57,245 nt of DNA from Pyrinomonadaceae bacterium (GTDB lineage: Bacteria; Acidobacteriota; Blastocatellia; Pyrinomonadales; Pyrinomonadaceae): contig DASVVZ010000256.1 of NCBI GenBank assembly GCA_036389875.1, positions 1 to 57,245 on the forward strand. The letters run 5' to 3'. Position numbers and translations under genes: made by a program. Under the pieces are notes generated by a model. That model did no database searches. It was not told where the DNA came from and saw only the letters and a program-made list of their open reading frames with translations. Positions 31,848-41,277 of the stretch are shown one piece after another. Numbering within the stretch: position 1 is the first letter of the stretch; every line of letters begins with the position of its first letter.

Positions 31848-32445
31848 GAAAGGAATTTAACCAGCCACTCTCCTTTTCAGCTAAAGCGAACAAGCTTATA
31901 GCGTCCAAACCCTCGAACATATCCAGAGGCACAGGCCCTTTCATAGTCGCCGTGCCCTCTGATTGGGAAAGCTCCGAAATCTCTTTACCTATAATGAGGT
32001 AGTTCTTTCGCAACCCCTCCAGCTCGTCGGCTTCGCCCTCCATATAGGCGTCTATCAGCGTGCCGAACTCGACCACGTCATACTCAACGCCCCCGCGCGT
32101 GAAAGGGAAAGGCAGCTGGATCTTGCTGTCTGAAAGCTGCTTAGGTTTTCGACCGCCTGCTGTTTTCAGTAGGAAGGCGTTATAGCCGCGAGCCAGCGCC
32201 ATTCGATCCGGGCGATTAAGTGACATGAGAACAGTCATCGGCACCGGCATCCTTAAATCACCGAAAGAGGTGATGGCGCCGCCCAGCATCATGAGCTGGC
32301 TTTGCGTCTCTTTGTCGAACCCTTCCTCCTCGCTCATTTCGAAAAGGTCACGGCCCGTAAGCCTTCTGCCGAACACAACCTTGCTGTGCCTCACCTGGTC
32401 AGGTCCGGTGTAACCGAACCTGAGATTAACCTCGACGTTACTCAT
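31774..32445 (-). CDS. Tail assembly chaperone-like protein (by position)
   Basis: 223-aa acidic ORF immediately after the tube gene, with an overlapping downstream ORF. Confidence 0.5.
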   Translation of the reverse strand: MSNVEVNLRFGYTGPDQVRHSKVVFGRRLTGRDLFEMSEEEGFDKETQSQLMMLGGAITSFGDLRMPVPMTVLMSLNRPDRMALARGYNAFLLKTAGGRKPKQLSDSKIQLPFPFTRGGVEYDVVEFGTLIDAYMEGEADELEGLRKNYLIIGKEISELSQSEGTATMKGPVPLDMFEGLDAISLFALAEKESGWLNSFRAEGEEEESLPANYIQADAGNRHE

Positions 32446-32471
32446 AACTTCCGCCTTTAGCTTCTATAGAA

Positions 32472-32906
32472 TTAGATCCAGCGCGCGTCTTCAGGCTGAA
32501 CGGTGAAGGTGAACTTCAGCATGTCATTTGATGTGCCGTCCCCGTCGTCAATCTTGAAGCTGGTTATCATGGTGTCTATCAGCTCCCTGGTGCGAATGGG
32601 CACGCGCTTGGCGTCGTCGTAGTAGATGACTCGGATCGTCTTTCGCTCGTCGCCGATCCGGAGCTTAGCGGTGCGGTAGTACCAGGAGTGGATTTCGCGA
32701 TCCACCTGGTTTGTACTGATAGCGCCGGAGAATGTAGCCTCTCCGATTTCCACGTTGCCCATGCCGTGCTCTGCCATCACCGTATTGCCCGGCTGATTCG
32801 TGCTGGGCGTCATCTTGTCGTCGGGATCGGTGAAGTCGTTGCACTCAAACTTTCCGATGCCGTCTATCTCGACTCTAAAATTACCTTTGGTTGTATGCCT
32901 GCCCAT
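32472..32906 (-). CDS. Tail tube protein
   Basis: 144 aa directly downstream of the sheath gene. Confidence 0.7.
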   Translation of the reverse strand: MGRHTTKGNFRVEIDGIGKFECNDFTDPDDKMTPSTNQPGNTVMAEHGMGNVEIGEATFSGAISTNQVDREIHSWYYRTAKLRIGDERKTIRVIYYDDAKRVPIRTRELIDTMITSFKIDDGDGTSNDMLKFTFTVQPEDARWI

Positions 32907-32949
32907 CTCTTCACACCTCTTTCAAAGAAGATTCAAATGCACCGGAAGT

Positions 32950-34470
32950 TTAAGCTTCGAGCTTCACCGTCAGTGGCTGCTGGTTTAGCGAGACGTTGAC
33001 GCGCTCGGCCGTGGGCGAGATTCTCACGTCCACCTTGACGTTCAGAACCTGCTGATCGAGGCTCTCCGCCGGGTTGTTCTGCTGGTCGCAAACAACCAGG
33101 AACGCTTCCTCTTCCGTCGCGCCGTAGAGGCCGCCCGCCCTCCAGAGCTGTCGGCAGATGCTTTCACATACTGACTTGGCCTCTCGGAACAGTTGCCCGC
33201 TGCCATCGATGGTCTGGAAGGGGATGTTCTGCAAAGAAGCCTTGAGCTGATAGTAGAGATAATTCAGAGTGCGAATCTCGTGAATCATCTGCACGCGGGA
33301 GTCCGGGCTTATCAGGCGCTCGCCGTATATGCGGATGCCCTGGCCCCGGAACGGCACGATGGCGTTGATCTGATTCTCATTGAGGAAGGCGCGCGTGTTG
33401 TCGTCCATCTGCGCCAGGCCCGTCGAGTACGTCTCAATGCCGAGCGCACCCGGAATAAGACCCGTCAGCCCCGCCGGTGCCTTGAACACGCCTATAGAGT
33501 CGGCCTTCGCGCACGCGCCTGCGGCAAAGGCGCTCGTCGGGTAAAACTTCCTGACGCCGGAGCCTGCGAAATCCAGCATCACGACGCGCGGCCAGTGCAG
33601 CCCCCCGAATGTAATGGCGTCGCGTACGTCTTTTACTTCGTCCTTGTCCAGACCTTCGGCGGCGTCATGAAGCGGTAACCTCTGATAGGCGAGTCCGTGG
33701 GCTTCGAGAGCGGCGTGCGCAGCATCCGTGGTCACGCCGGGGAGCGCCACTTGACCGGGGCCGAACTCTTCCGAGTTGAGCACCTGCAAGCCGGTAGCTT
33801 CAGCAGTGCCGGCGCCTGCACCGATGAAAGACGCGTCAGAAAGCCCTGCGAAGTCGTCAGAGCCTCCGACCAGTAGGGTTTCAGCTGTTAAATCCGGCAG
33901 GTTGGCGGGAGCGGCATTAGCTGAAGCAAGGTTCGTTAGCTTCACGAGCTTCGAAGCGGCGTTGACGATGGCAAGTGACGCCGCATCCATCTTCAGGTTG
34001 TTGTAAGACTCCATCAGGTCTAGCTTGTTCGACCAGACCGTGAGCCTGACCGTGTTGGCTTCGGTGCCGGCTTCTATCTTGAAGCGCACTTCCACGCTCG
34101 AAGACGGATACTTCGCGTCAATCCGCAGCGTGTCGTCTTCCGCCTCGTCCACGCCCCTGTCTTTAATGGTCTTGGTGGCCACGGCCGCCGCCGCGCCGAC
34201 GACGCGCACGACCACGGCGCGGTCGCCGGGAAAGACGTTGAAGAAGATGTACATGGCGTCCCCCAGCGCGGAATTGGCGTGCAGCCCTCCGAACTGCCGG
34301 CGGTAATCTTCGAAGCCGGTGATATTGACGGGCTGGTTGACCGGGCCCCAGGGCGAGTATCCGACGGCGAGGAGCCGCGAGTTGGTTTCCAGTTGAGAGG
34401 GGCGAGCCACCGGCGAATCGTTGACGCCTACGTGAACGCCCGGTGTCGATGAGCCTGTAATGGGTAGCAT
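32950..34470 (-). CDS. Contractile tail sheath protein
   Basis: 506 aa. N-terminus TPGVHVGVND and C-terminal INAIVPFRGQGIRIYGERLIS are sheath-like. A tube gene follows. Confidence 0.85.
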   Translation of the reverse strand: MLPITGSSTPGVHVGVNDSPVARPSQLETNSRLLAVGYSPWGPVNQPVNITGFEDYRRQFGGLHANSALGDAMYIFFNVFPGDRAVVVRVVGAAAAVATKTIKDRGVDEAEDDTLRIDAKYPSSSVEVRFKIEAGTEANTVRLTVWSNKLDLMESYNNLKMDAASLAIVNAASKLVKLTNLASANAAPANLPDLTAETLLVGGSDDFAGLSDASFIGAGAGTAEATGLQVLNSEEFGPGQVALPGVTTDAAHAALEAHGLAYQRLPLHDAAEGLDKDEVKDVRDAITFGGLHWPRVVMLDFAGSGVRKFYPTSAFAAGACAKADSIGVFKAPAGLTGLIPGALGIETYSTGLAQMDDNTRAFLNENQINAIVPFRGQGIRIYGERLISPDSRVQMIHEIRTLNYLYYQLKASLQNIPFQTIDGSGQLFREAKSVCESICRQLWRAGGLYGATEEEAFLVVCDQQNNPAESLDQQVLNVKVDVRISPTAERVNVSLNQQPLTVKLEA

Positions 34471-34536
34471 AATCTATTCGTCCTCGCTTTCAGATAAACT
34501 CGTTACTAGAGACTGCTGATTACTATGCCGCCGCTT

Positions 34537-34836
34537 CTACTTCTTGTTGTTAGTTGAAGGCGGGCGCTGCTGCGAAGAAGAAGGAGAAGCAGTACTACTA
34601 CCTGAGCTGGTTAGTGGTGCAGGCTCCGGAGCAGGCGTGCCTTCCTCTTTGGGGGGCGCGGCCTCTTTTTTCTGTCGCTCGGGCAGCACCATGAGCATTT
34701 CGGTGTCGACAAAACGCCTGCGATCGCTCTCGGAGAGCTGGACTGTTTTCTCGCTGCCGTCATGACCGGCGGCGCCGATGAGCGTGCCGTCTTCGAGCAT
34801 GATTGTTTGAAGCGTCATGTTACGGACTGTGGGCAT
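34537..34836 (-). CDS. Hypothetical protein with Pro/Ser-rich tail
   Basis: 99-aa ORF upstream of the sheath gene. Confidence 0.45.
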   Translation of the reverse strand: MPTVRNMTLQTIMLEDGTLIGAAGHDGSEKTVQLSESDRRRFVDTEMLMVLPERQKKEAAPPKEEGTPAPEPAPLTSSGSSTASPSSSQQRPPSTNNKK

Positions 34837-34841
34837 TTTGT

Positions 34842-35516
34842 CTATTCCTCCTGATTACTCTCTGCGTGAACGCCTGGAGCATCTGTCTCCGGGTGCGGTG
34901 CATTCCTGACGCCCAGGCTGAAATTGATCTGCTCTATTTCAATCGGCACATCGGGTACGACATCTGCCGCCAAGTACTTGAACATCGTATCGAAGTGGAC
35001 TGCGTAGGCCGTAAGCTCCGGCAATCTCACAACGTATTCAGGGTTGGGCGGGTCTTCCGAAACTGTCATCACATCAAGATTAAGGATGACCTCTTCCACC
35101 CCGCCCCCCTCAATCTCTTCGGTCTTTACAAATTGCCTGCCTACGACTGCGGCCTGTGCGGTGGCGATCATTTTCGCTACGCCGATTTTCTCAGCCGCCT
35201 CGCCCCGCCAGTCGGAGCCACAGCAAAGAACCGTGAACGTACAGCGATGAACACGCACTATCTCATCGCCTGGAAAGATTGGCCCGGAGCCGTCGGACGT
35301 GTCATACCCTGCGGCGTACGCAATCAGGTAAAACGGCAGGCGGCTGATTAAGGATTTGAGGGCCGACTTTGACTCCTTCTTCAGCTCCTCCTGGTCCAGT
35401 TCGCCCTTGTAAGGTCGGACGGCTTCGCTGGCAACACCGCTCTGCGCTTTAATGGCAGTGATAATGCCGTCCTCAATGCCCCTTACGTGGTAATCAAATG
35501 GCTTCATCAGCTCCAT
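34842..35516 (-). CDS. Tail-completion/neck module protein (unknown family)
   Basis: Start moved to the ATG at 35516 (MELMKPFDYHV), overlapping the upstream stop. Confidence 0.4.
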   Translation of the reverse strand: MELMKPFDYHVRGIEDGIITAIKAQSGVASEAVRPYKGELDQEELKKESKSALKSLISRLPFYLIAYAAGYDTSDGSGPIFPGDEIVRVHRCTFTVLCCGSDWRGEAAEKIGVAKMIATAQAAVVGRQFVKTEEIEGGGVEEVILNLDVMTVSEDPPNPEYVVRLPELTAYAVHFDTMFKYLAADVVPDVPIEIEQINFSLGVRNAPHPETDAPGVHAESNQEE

Positions 35517-35935
35517 AGGTGGCGCGCGAAGACTTCTCCGACGTCGCGTATGTCTTCGTCCTGCCACATGACAAAGGTTCGCGCCGGCGTAAATGAATGG
35601 CCTCGGCCAGGGCCTCCCGGGTAGCCGAAGTTTTGTCGCGGGCCATAGATGACGTTAGAAAACGCCTCGCCCCCGCTGTTGGTGGCCTTCGGCCTAAAGG
35701 AGTTTCGCAGCCGGGCTTTGGGGCCGACGAGAATTGAGCCGCCGCGCTTGGTCCTGAGGGTGCTCTTGGCAAGCCCTCGCCATTTCGGCCGCCCGCCCAC
35801 ATCGAAGTTCTTCTGGATAGACGCAATGCCGATGTCAACGGCTTTTGCGACGGGCTCTCTGGTTCGCCTGGAGCGCGTTGCCAGTTCCATCAGGCGAGCC
35901 GCCAGAGGTTCTATACCTTGAAGGCTACCACTCAT
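35507..35935 (-). CDS. Virion morphogenesis / tail completion protein (Mu gpG / HK97 gp10-like)
   Basis: IQKNFDVGGRPKWRGLAKSTLRTKRGGSILVGPKARLRNSF matches the virion-morphogenesis-family pattern. Start at 35935 (ATGA overlap). Confidence 0.55.
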   Translation of the reverse strand: MSGSLQGIEPLAARLMELATRSRRTREPVAKAVDIGIASIQKNFDVGGRPKWRGLAKSTLRTKRGGSILVGPKARLRNSFRPKATNSGGEAFSNVIYGPRQNFGYPGGPGRGHSFTPARTFVMWQDEDIRDVGEVFARHLWS

Positions 35936-36345
35936 CCTTCGCCCTCTTCCGGAGCACTGATGAGTTGCCCTTCGGTCAGGTACACCCTCATGATCCACTC
36001 ACGAGGTTCCACCACCGGTGGCTCCACGTGATCCTTTATGATCTTGTAAGCAACGCCCCCTATACCTATGTCGGTTGCTTTATCGTCAACATCCGTCAGG
36101 AAGTCTCTGAGAACCAAGCCAATAGCTGCGTTGCGCCCCGCATCCACCGTCTCTTCAATCACTACCTCCAAGTATTGAGTGGTGTCATCTTCCTCGGTAC
36201 GACGCTTAGGCCATGCGCCCCATCCGTCTTCAACTGAGAGCAACTCTTCGTACTGGCCCGCGCCCTTGAATCTTAAAAATTTCAAAGAACCTGTCGGCCC
36301 CCGCCGACTCCTGAAATAGTTCAGCCTTCTCAGTCGCGCGCTCAT
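35932..36345 (-). CDS. Head-tail joining module protein (by position)
   Basis: 137-aa ORF within the neck gene string. Confidence 0.4.
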   Translation of the reverse strand: MSARLRRLNYFRSRRGPTGSLKFLRFKGAGQYEELLSVEDGWGAWPKRRTEEDDTTQYLEVVIEETVDAGRNAAIGLVLRDFLTDVDDKATDIGIGGVAYKIIKDHVEPPVVEPREWIMRVYLTEGQLISAPEEGEG

Positions 36346-36347
36346 TA

Positions 36348-36776
36348 CTAGTATTTGCCGCGTGTCCCGTGGCCGAGCGCGAAAAATGTCGGCATCCGCG
36401 ACTTGACCGTTGCTTTGTCTGGCCCAAGAAGCGCCATCTGCTCACTCCCCATCCGTTGGAGGTTGGCAATCAGCTTGTCTACGTCAACCTGCTGCCTGCT
36501 GTATCCGCCGCCGTCCCCGAAGTCTTCCTTTGTTATGAAAGGGACAAAGCGGGCGACCGTCGCCGCAAGGAAAAGGTTCAGAGCAAGTCCTACCCGCTTT
36601 TGCTTGTCCCCTTCGTAGCCAGCCGCATCCGGGTCGCGTTGCAGCACTTCAGTGATGGCCAGATTGACGTAAAGCTCGTCATGTATAACTTCATCCGGTA
36701 GATCGCTGGCCTTCAATGAAGCATCTATGGCCCGCCTCACGCTTTCCGGCTTGATAAGCTCCGCCAAATTTCCCAC
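36348..36776 (-). CDS. Head-tail connector/adaptor-like protein (by position)
   Basis: 142-aa ORF in the neck gene string. Confidence 0.4.
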   Translation of the reverse strand: MGNLAELIKPESVRRAIDASLKASDLPDEVIHDELYVNLAITEVLQRDPDAAGYEGDKQKRVGLALNLFLAATVARFVPFITKEDFGDGGGYSRQQVDVDKLIANLQRMGSEQMALLGPDKATVKSRMPTFFALGHGTRGKY

Positions 36777-36798
36777 CGCCCACCTCCGACGAACTGAC

Positions 36799-37074
36799 TT
36801 ATTTAGTAGCGGGCGGTTTGCTCTCAGCCTTCGGCGCCGGGATTCTCGCTATCTTCCCATCACGCAGGAGCTGGCTGACGGCGGGCGTCATCGCGACCTC
36901 CACCGGCTTCTTGCCCGCGATCAGGATCTCGCCCTTCGGGTGCGCATCGTCTTTCTCCCATAGCACCACTTTATTGCCGCCGTCCTCTTCGGACTTGAGC
37001 GCCGACCTGACCCAGATGGTCCTGGGCTCGTGCTGCTCAGTTGCGCCCTGCTGCTGATCTCTCTCGTCTGCCAT
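36799..37074 (-). CDS. Hypothetical small protein
   Basis: 91-aa ORF; first gene after the palindrome at 37144. Confidence 0.45.
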   Translation of the reverse strand: MADERDQQQGATEQHEPRTIWVRSALKSEEDGGNKVVLWEKDDAHPKGEILIAGKKPVEVAMTPAVSQLLRDGKIARIPAPKAESKPPATK

Positions 37075-37143
37075 ACATTCACCTCAAGTGTTATGAGGGC
37101 GCTTCCTCCAGGAGATAAGCGCCCCGCCTTGTTCCTTGGCTTC

Positions 37144-37163
37144 GACTCAAAATATTTTGAGTC
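37144..37163. promoter_or_regulatory. Perfect copy of the 20-bp palindrome GACTCAAAATATTTTGAGTC
   Basis: Intergenic, between the capsid gene's stop (37185) and the next start (37074). Confidence 0.7.
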
Positions 37164-37184
37164 ACTCTCGCGGGCGACTGCGGT

Positions 37185-38453
37185 TTACGCCGCCAGGTTC
37201 GCCAGCTTCGTCGCGTTGTTGTCGAGCTTGCCGTAGCCCTCGGTCTCCGTCATCACGATGGCCTGCGTCTGCCTGGTGGCGAAGCGCTCCACTTCAGTGA
37301 TCTCGGACCCGATCTCGGTCACGCGCTCAATCGCGAAGCGGGTATCGACGCCCACCCAAGTGTCTGCCGGCGCTCCGTCCGTGTTGCCGTAAGCCACGCC
37401 GTCGCCCAGAGACGAGGCCGCTCCGCCCATCAGCTGGAAGTCGCCGAGGCCGATGAACTTCTGTATCAGCACGAGCGGCACGTTGGCCGTTCCCGTGTTG
37501 ATGAGCATCGCCTTCAGGATGCCCTTCTTACGCGCCAGAAGAGCCGTCATCTTGTAAGGCGACTTGAAGTTCAGGCGGAAGGAGAGCCACGCCTCGAGCG
37601 TCGTGTTCATCGCCATGGTGTCCGGGTCAAGGTCCGTCAGGTCGTAGGAAACGGCCGCCGTGTTCGGGTTGCCGTCGCCGTTGACGATGACGTCGATGAT
37701 GGTCTCCACCTTGTCGTTCTCGGCCTGGATGGCCATGAGAGCGATCTGTAGCGCAATGCGGTCCAGGCGCTCTCTGCGCAGAACTTCGTAGGAGGCCTCG
37801 ATGATGCGGCCGTACTTGAAGAGCTGCACGATGTGCTGGCTCGCCTTGAGCGTGACGCGCGGAATCTCCGTGGCCTCAACTACGCGCACCTTCCGCTTCT
37901 GCTTCGGATCAACGTCCTGCAGGTAGATGACGCGGTAGGTGTCGCCCGGGATCGGGGTCGTAATGGCGACGAGCGCCGAGACCGGAATCTCGGGCACGAA
38001 GCGGTCCGTGACGATGCGCGCCGAGTCGACGTAGGGGCGCATCGCAGAGCCGGCCACGTCTTCGGTCGAAGTCTGCACGGCGCGCGCGCCGCCCGCGGAC
38101 GCGGGCCGTGTGCTGACAGCGCCGCCGTTGGTTACGGAGAGCCACTGGCGGCGGCACCATTCGAGGCCGAGCACGCGGCGCTCCGGAGTCTCGTCAAAGG
38201 CATCCTCCCAGATGTCGGCGTAGACGCCCGCCGACGGGATGCTGCGCGTGTAGATGTTGGCTTCTGCCATGACGCGGCCGAAGGCATCACGCACGTCGTT
38301 GTCGTTCGGGTCAGAGGGATTAAGGCGCTCCATCCAGGCCGAGAGGCTCATGCCGTGCTCGTAGGCATCTCTAACCATGCGAGGGTTAACCTGCTCGAAG
38401 ATCGCCTTCGGCCCCATGCGCGTGACCTGCGCAAGCTTCTTGAATTGTTTCAT
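37185..38453 (-). CDS. Major capsid protein
   Basis: 422 aa downstream of the protease/scaffold and decoration-size ORFs. Called on size and position only. Confidence 0.7.
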   Translation of the reverse strand: MKQFKKLAQVTRMGPKAIFEQVNPRMVRDAYEHGMSLSAWMERLNPSDPNDNDVRDAFGRVMAEANIYTRSIPSAGVYADIWEDAFDETPERRVLGLEWCRRQWLSVTNGGAVSTRPASAGGARAVQTSTEDVAGSAMRPYVDSARIVTDRFVPEIPVSALVAITTPIPGDTYRVIYLQDVDPKQKRKVRVVEATEIPRVTLKASQHIVQLFKYGRIIEASYEVLRRERLDRIALQIALMAIQAENDKVETIIDVIVNGDGNPNTAAVSYDLTDLDPDTMAMNTTLEAWLSFRLNFKSPYKMTALLARKKGILKAMLINTGTANVPLVLIQKFIGLGDFQLMGGAASSLGDGVAYGNTDGAPADTWVGVDTRFAIERVTEIGSEITEVERFATRQTQAIVMTETEGYGKLDNNATKLANLAA

Positions 38454-38521
38454 CTACTTACTCTCCTTCGAGTAGTCGCGCGCAGCACGCGCGGAGGGTT
38501 ATGGGGCTGAGCGGTTAACCT

Positions 38522-38950
38522 TTACAACCTGACGGTGACTTTCGTCGGGTCAGAGGAATCGACGATGGAGCCGCGCGCCACGAGCGCGTCCGCGGCGTTT
38601 GCGGCTTCGCGAATGTAGCCGCGGTCTCCGGCGCCGCCAGCGCCAACCGCTCCGACGAACTTCTTTCCCGGGGTGAGGGCGGCGCCATTTCCGCCCGGAG
38701 CTTCTCCGTAGCCGCCGCTCTTGATGCCGACTTTACCGTCCGGCTCGACGTTCTCGAGGATGCCTTCGACCGCCGCCCCGTCGCTGGTGAGGGCGACTGT
38801 CTTATGCGCGCTCAACATCACGGCACGGCCAACCTTGTCGGAGCCGTTAGGCTGCGTGCGGTCATAAACTATGGTCACGCCGTCGGCGATGTAAGTGGCC
38901 GGCAGGCGCCCGATGTCGGTGTAATCAACAGTGTTCCTGGGGTTACCCAT
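38522..38950 (-). CDS. Head decoration-like protein (DUF2190-like position)
   Basis: 142-aa Gly/Ala-rich ORF between the protease and capsid genes. Confidence 0.4.
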   Translation of the reverse strand: MGNPRNTVDYTDIGRLPATYIADGVTIVYDRTQPNGSDKVGRAVMLSAHKTVALTSDGAAVEGILENVEPDGKVGIKSGGYGEAPGGNGAALTPGKKFVGAVGAGGAGDRGYIREAANAADALVARGSIVDSSDPTKVTVRL

Positions 38951-38983
38951 ACGTCTCTCCTTTTCGAGGGCTTAAAAGCCGAT

Positions 38984-40384
38984 TTACATGAAAGCCTGCG
39001 GCGGCACTTCAACCCGCACGGCGCGGTCCTGTTCCGAGGGCGGCAGTTCGGTCTCGTCGCTCGTAGCCCTTCCGCCCTGAAGATTCGCCTTCGCCTGGCG
39101 GGCCCAGTCGTCGCGCATGAGCTTGATCGTCTCGATCTCGGCCGAGCGCAGCGTCTTCTCGTACTGCTCCCGCTTGAAGTTGTCCGCTCCGTGCGCGCGC
39201 ACCCCCTCCTTGAGCGCCTCTTCGATCAGGTCGCGGCGGTAAGTGAGGCCGTCAAGCGCAAGGTCAAGCACGCGGACGCTCGTGGGAAGAATTGATGCCT
39301 CTAACCCGCGGGCTGTGAGAAGCGTGCGGAGTTGCGGAAGCATGCGTGCATCATCGGCCGTTGCGCCTGCGGCCTCCGTGGCAGCTTGGTCCGTCGTGCC
39401 AGGGGAGTCTGTGGTCGTCCCGCCGCCATCGGTGGTGCCGGTCGTCGTCGCGCCAGCGCCTTCACCGGCAGACGCGCCCGCATTTGCCCCAGCGCCATTT
39501 GTGCCGGCGTTCGTGCCGTCTGTAGTCGTCGTGGTCGTCCCGGCGTTCGCGTCGGTAGTGGTGGTGGCTTCACCTTCTCGTCTATGGGTAGCCATATCTC
39601 TGTTCTCCTCAGTGGAATGGCCGGGGAATGACCGGCGCGTGCGTGAAAGGTTGAGATCAAGGAATCGGTAGCGCATCTCGAGGAAGCGGGCCACGTCCGG
39701 CTTCATGCGCCCCTCTTCGACGTCGCGCAAAGCTTTGACAATGACGGCGCCGGGGGTCGCCCCCTTGTAAACGGCGCTTAGCTCAGCCAGGTGCGCGTCC
39801 TCCACGTCGGCGGTCGCGATCACTTTGCGCACGGTCTTCGAGCCGTCAGTGTTCTCCTCTTCGACCTCTACTTCGCGACCCGGATAGTGCCAGCAGTCCC
39901 AGCTCATCATGTCGAGACCGCAGATGGAGCAGATGAAGGTGCCGCCGTAGAAACCTATGGAGACATCACGCGCTATGCCCGTTCGGTACTTCGAGATGAA
40001 GTTGCCGGTCTCGGGCAGGTTCTGGATCGTGTAGAGATTAACGAGGACCCGGGCCTTGCCGTCACCCTGTGCGCCGATGTATTCACCCGTGAGTGTCCGC
40101 CCCATCATGAAGGTGAGGGCGTCCGTCTGGTGGCTGTCCTGGAAGGACACCCCCTCGGCCGCTTCCGCGGCGTAGTTCTTCAGTGAGGAGGGCATCATCC
40201 GGGTGTAGTAGGCGTCGAGCCGATTGTTAGTGGCTTCCGCCGAGATAAAGAGAGGGGGGTACTCGTCGAAGGCGGCAGGGTCCGGGGCACGGTTCTTGGC
40301 GAGCGTCATCAGCTCCTCGGAGTTGAGCGCACGAGTGACGATCCCCGCCGGGTGAGTAAATTTCATGTTGGCTAATTCGCTCAC
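38984..40384 (-). CDS. Prohead protease (HK97/S78-like) fused to a low-complexity linker and a scaffold-like C-terminal domain
   Basis: VSFQDSHQTD and ARDVSIGFYGG are S78-like motifs. Thr/Gly/Ala linker (TTTTDANAGTTTTTTDGTNAG...), then a helical C-terminus. Confidence 0.65.
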   Translation of the reverse strand: MSELANMKFTHPAGIVTRALNSEELMTLAKNRAPDPAAFDEYPPLFISAEATNNRLDAYYTRMMPSSLKNYAAEAAEGVSFQDSHQTDALTFMMGRTLTGEYIGAQGDGKARVLVNLYTIQNLPETGNFISKYRTGIARDVSIGFYGGTFICSICGLDMMSWDCWHYPGREVEVEEENTDGSKTVRKVIATADVEDAHLAELSAVYKGATPGAVIVKALRDVEEGRMKPDVARFLEMRYRFLDLNLSRTRRSFPGHSTEENRDMATHRREGEATTTTDANAGTTTTTTDGTNAGTNGAGANAGASAGEGAGATTTGTTDGGGTTTDSPGTTDQAATEAAGATADDARMLPQLRTLLTARGLEASILPTSVRVLDLALDGLTYRRDLIEEALKEGVRAHGADNFKREQYEKTLRSAEIETIKLMRDDWARQAKANLQGGRATSDETELPPSEQDRAVRVEVPPQAFM

Positions 40385-40587
40385 TGTGGCCTCCGCCTGT
40401 TCTTAGGGGCTCTTTCCTGCCTGAAATGCTGCCGAGGGTCGTCTTTGGCCTTTGGCCTGCGTCTCGGATCGGTAACCGGCTTAGTAACCTCGTCCCCGCA
40501 GCGGGGGCATTGGGCGCTCTTCAAGTCCGCGCCGTTCAGAGGCGCGCCGCAGGAAGGGCAGAATGTCTGTTGCTGGCCTTTGCTCAT
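40381..40587 (-). CDS. Small zinc-ribbon protein
   Basis: CPSCGAPLNGADLKSAQCPRCG with a basic tail. Confidence 0.5.
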   Translation of the reverse strand: MSKGQQQTFCPSCGAPLNGADLKSAQCPRCGDEVTKPVTDPRRRPKAKDDPRQHFRQERAPKNRRRPQ

Positions 40588-41088
40588 TTAGGCGACGGGT
40601 GCCCTCTTGATAGTGATGGAGACGTACAGGTCAGAGCCTGGAGTGGCGACGCCGATCTGGTCCACGTCCACTGTGATACGGTCGCCTGCCGCGACGGCTA
40701 CGATGTCAGGCAAGGTAGTGGTGCTGGCCTTCGCGCCGTCGGCGACTGTGGGGCGGTTGCCCTGCGTGGTGAAGAGCGTGACGCCGTTCTTATTGACATC
40801 GACGATGAGAGCGGCGCCGATGGGCTCGGTGTCGACATAAGCCCTGACGTCCACGATGTTGCCGGCAACTCCGATAAGGGCGGCGGCTACCTTAGCGGCG
40901 ACGGCCAGGCCGCCCGCGACGAAGAGCGTGACAGTCTCGAGCGTATTAGGCTGAGTAAGCTTCGCGGGGGTGATGCCACTCAGGCGCGCGAGCGGAACTG
41001 TGCCGGACGTCAATTCGCTGGCGTTGAGCTTCTTAATGCCGCTGCCGTCCTTGGCGCTCAGCTTGTCGAAATTCGTTTCGCCCATCAT
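40588..41088 (-). CDS. Hypothetical virion-associated protein with a fibre-like N-terminal motif
   Basis: N-terminus FDKLSAKDGSGIKKLNASELTSGTVPLARL resembles fibre N-termini. Preceded by its own repeat/promoter-like region. Confidence 0.4.
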   Translation of the reverse strand: MMGETNFDKLSAKDGSGIKKLNASELTSGTVPLARLSGITPAKLTQPNTLETVTLFVAGGLAVAAKVAAALIGVAGNIVDVRAYVDTEPIGAALIVDVNKNGVTLFTTQGNRPTVADGAKASTTTLPDIVAVAAGDRITVDVDQIGVATPGSDLYVSITIKRAPVA

Positions 41089-41158
41089 TTACCTCAACTT
41101 TGTGAATCACTCGGAGAGTAAAACCGAAAAGGAGCAACCCTTCGCTCATGTCCAGCGC

Positions 41159-41222
41159 GCATTATGGGGTTAAGGTGCAGGGCTTGTGTGTGAACAACCT
41201 CGAAAACAACCTCGAAAACAAC
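41159..41222 (-). promoter_or_regulatory. 64-bp repeat, copy 1; contains tandem GTTGTTTTCGAGG on the minus strand
   Basis: The 37-nt core at 41186-41222 is identical to 49119-49155. Lies upstream of 40588-41088. Confidence 0.6.
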
Positions 41223-41241
41223 CTTGCGCGCACTACAAAAA

Positions 41242-41277
41242 AGAGTGGGGACTCAAAACATTTTGAGTCCCCACTCT
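41242..41277 (-). terminator. Intrinsic terminator built around a palindrome family copy (41250-41269)
   Basis: 36-nt near-perfect palindrome AGAGTGGGGACTCAAAACATTTTGAGTCCCCACTCT, followed on the minus strand by TTTTTTG. Lies downstream of 41301-41807. Confidence 0.7.

Noticed and set aside
41186-41222. Possible mini-CRISPR, since AACCTCGAAAACA is repeated in tandem (also at 49119-49155).
   Set aside because: There are only two 13-nt units with no spacers and no cas genes. A promoter or operator repeat explains it better.
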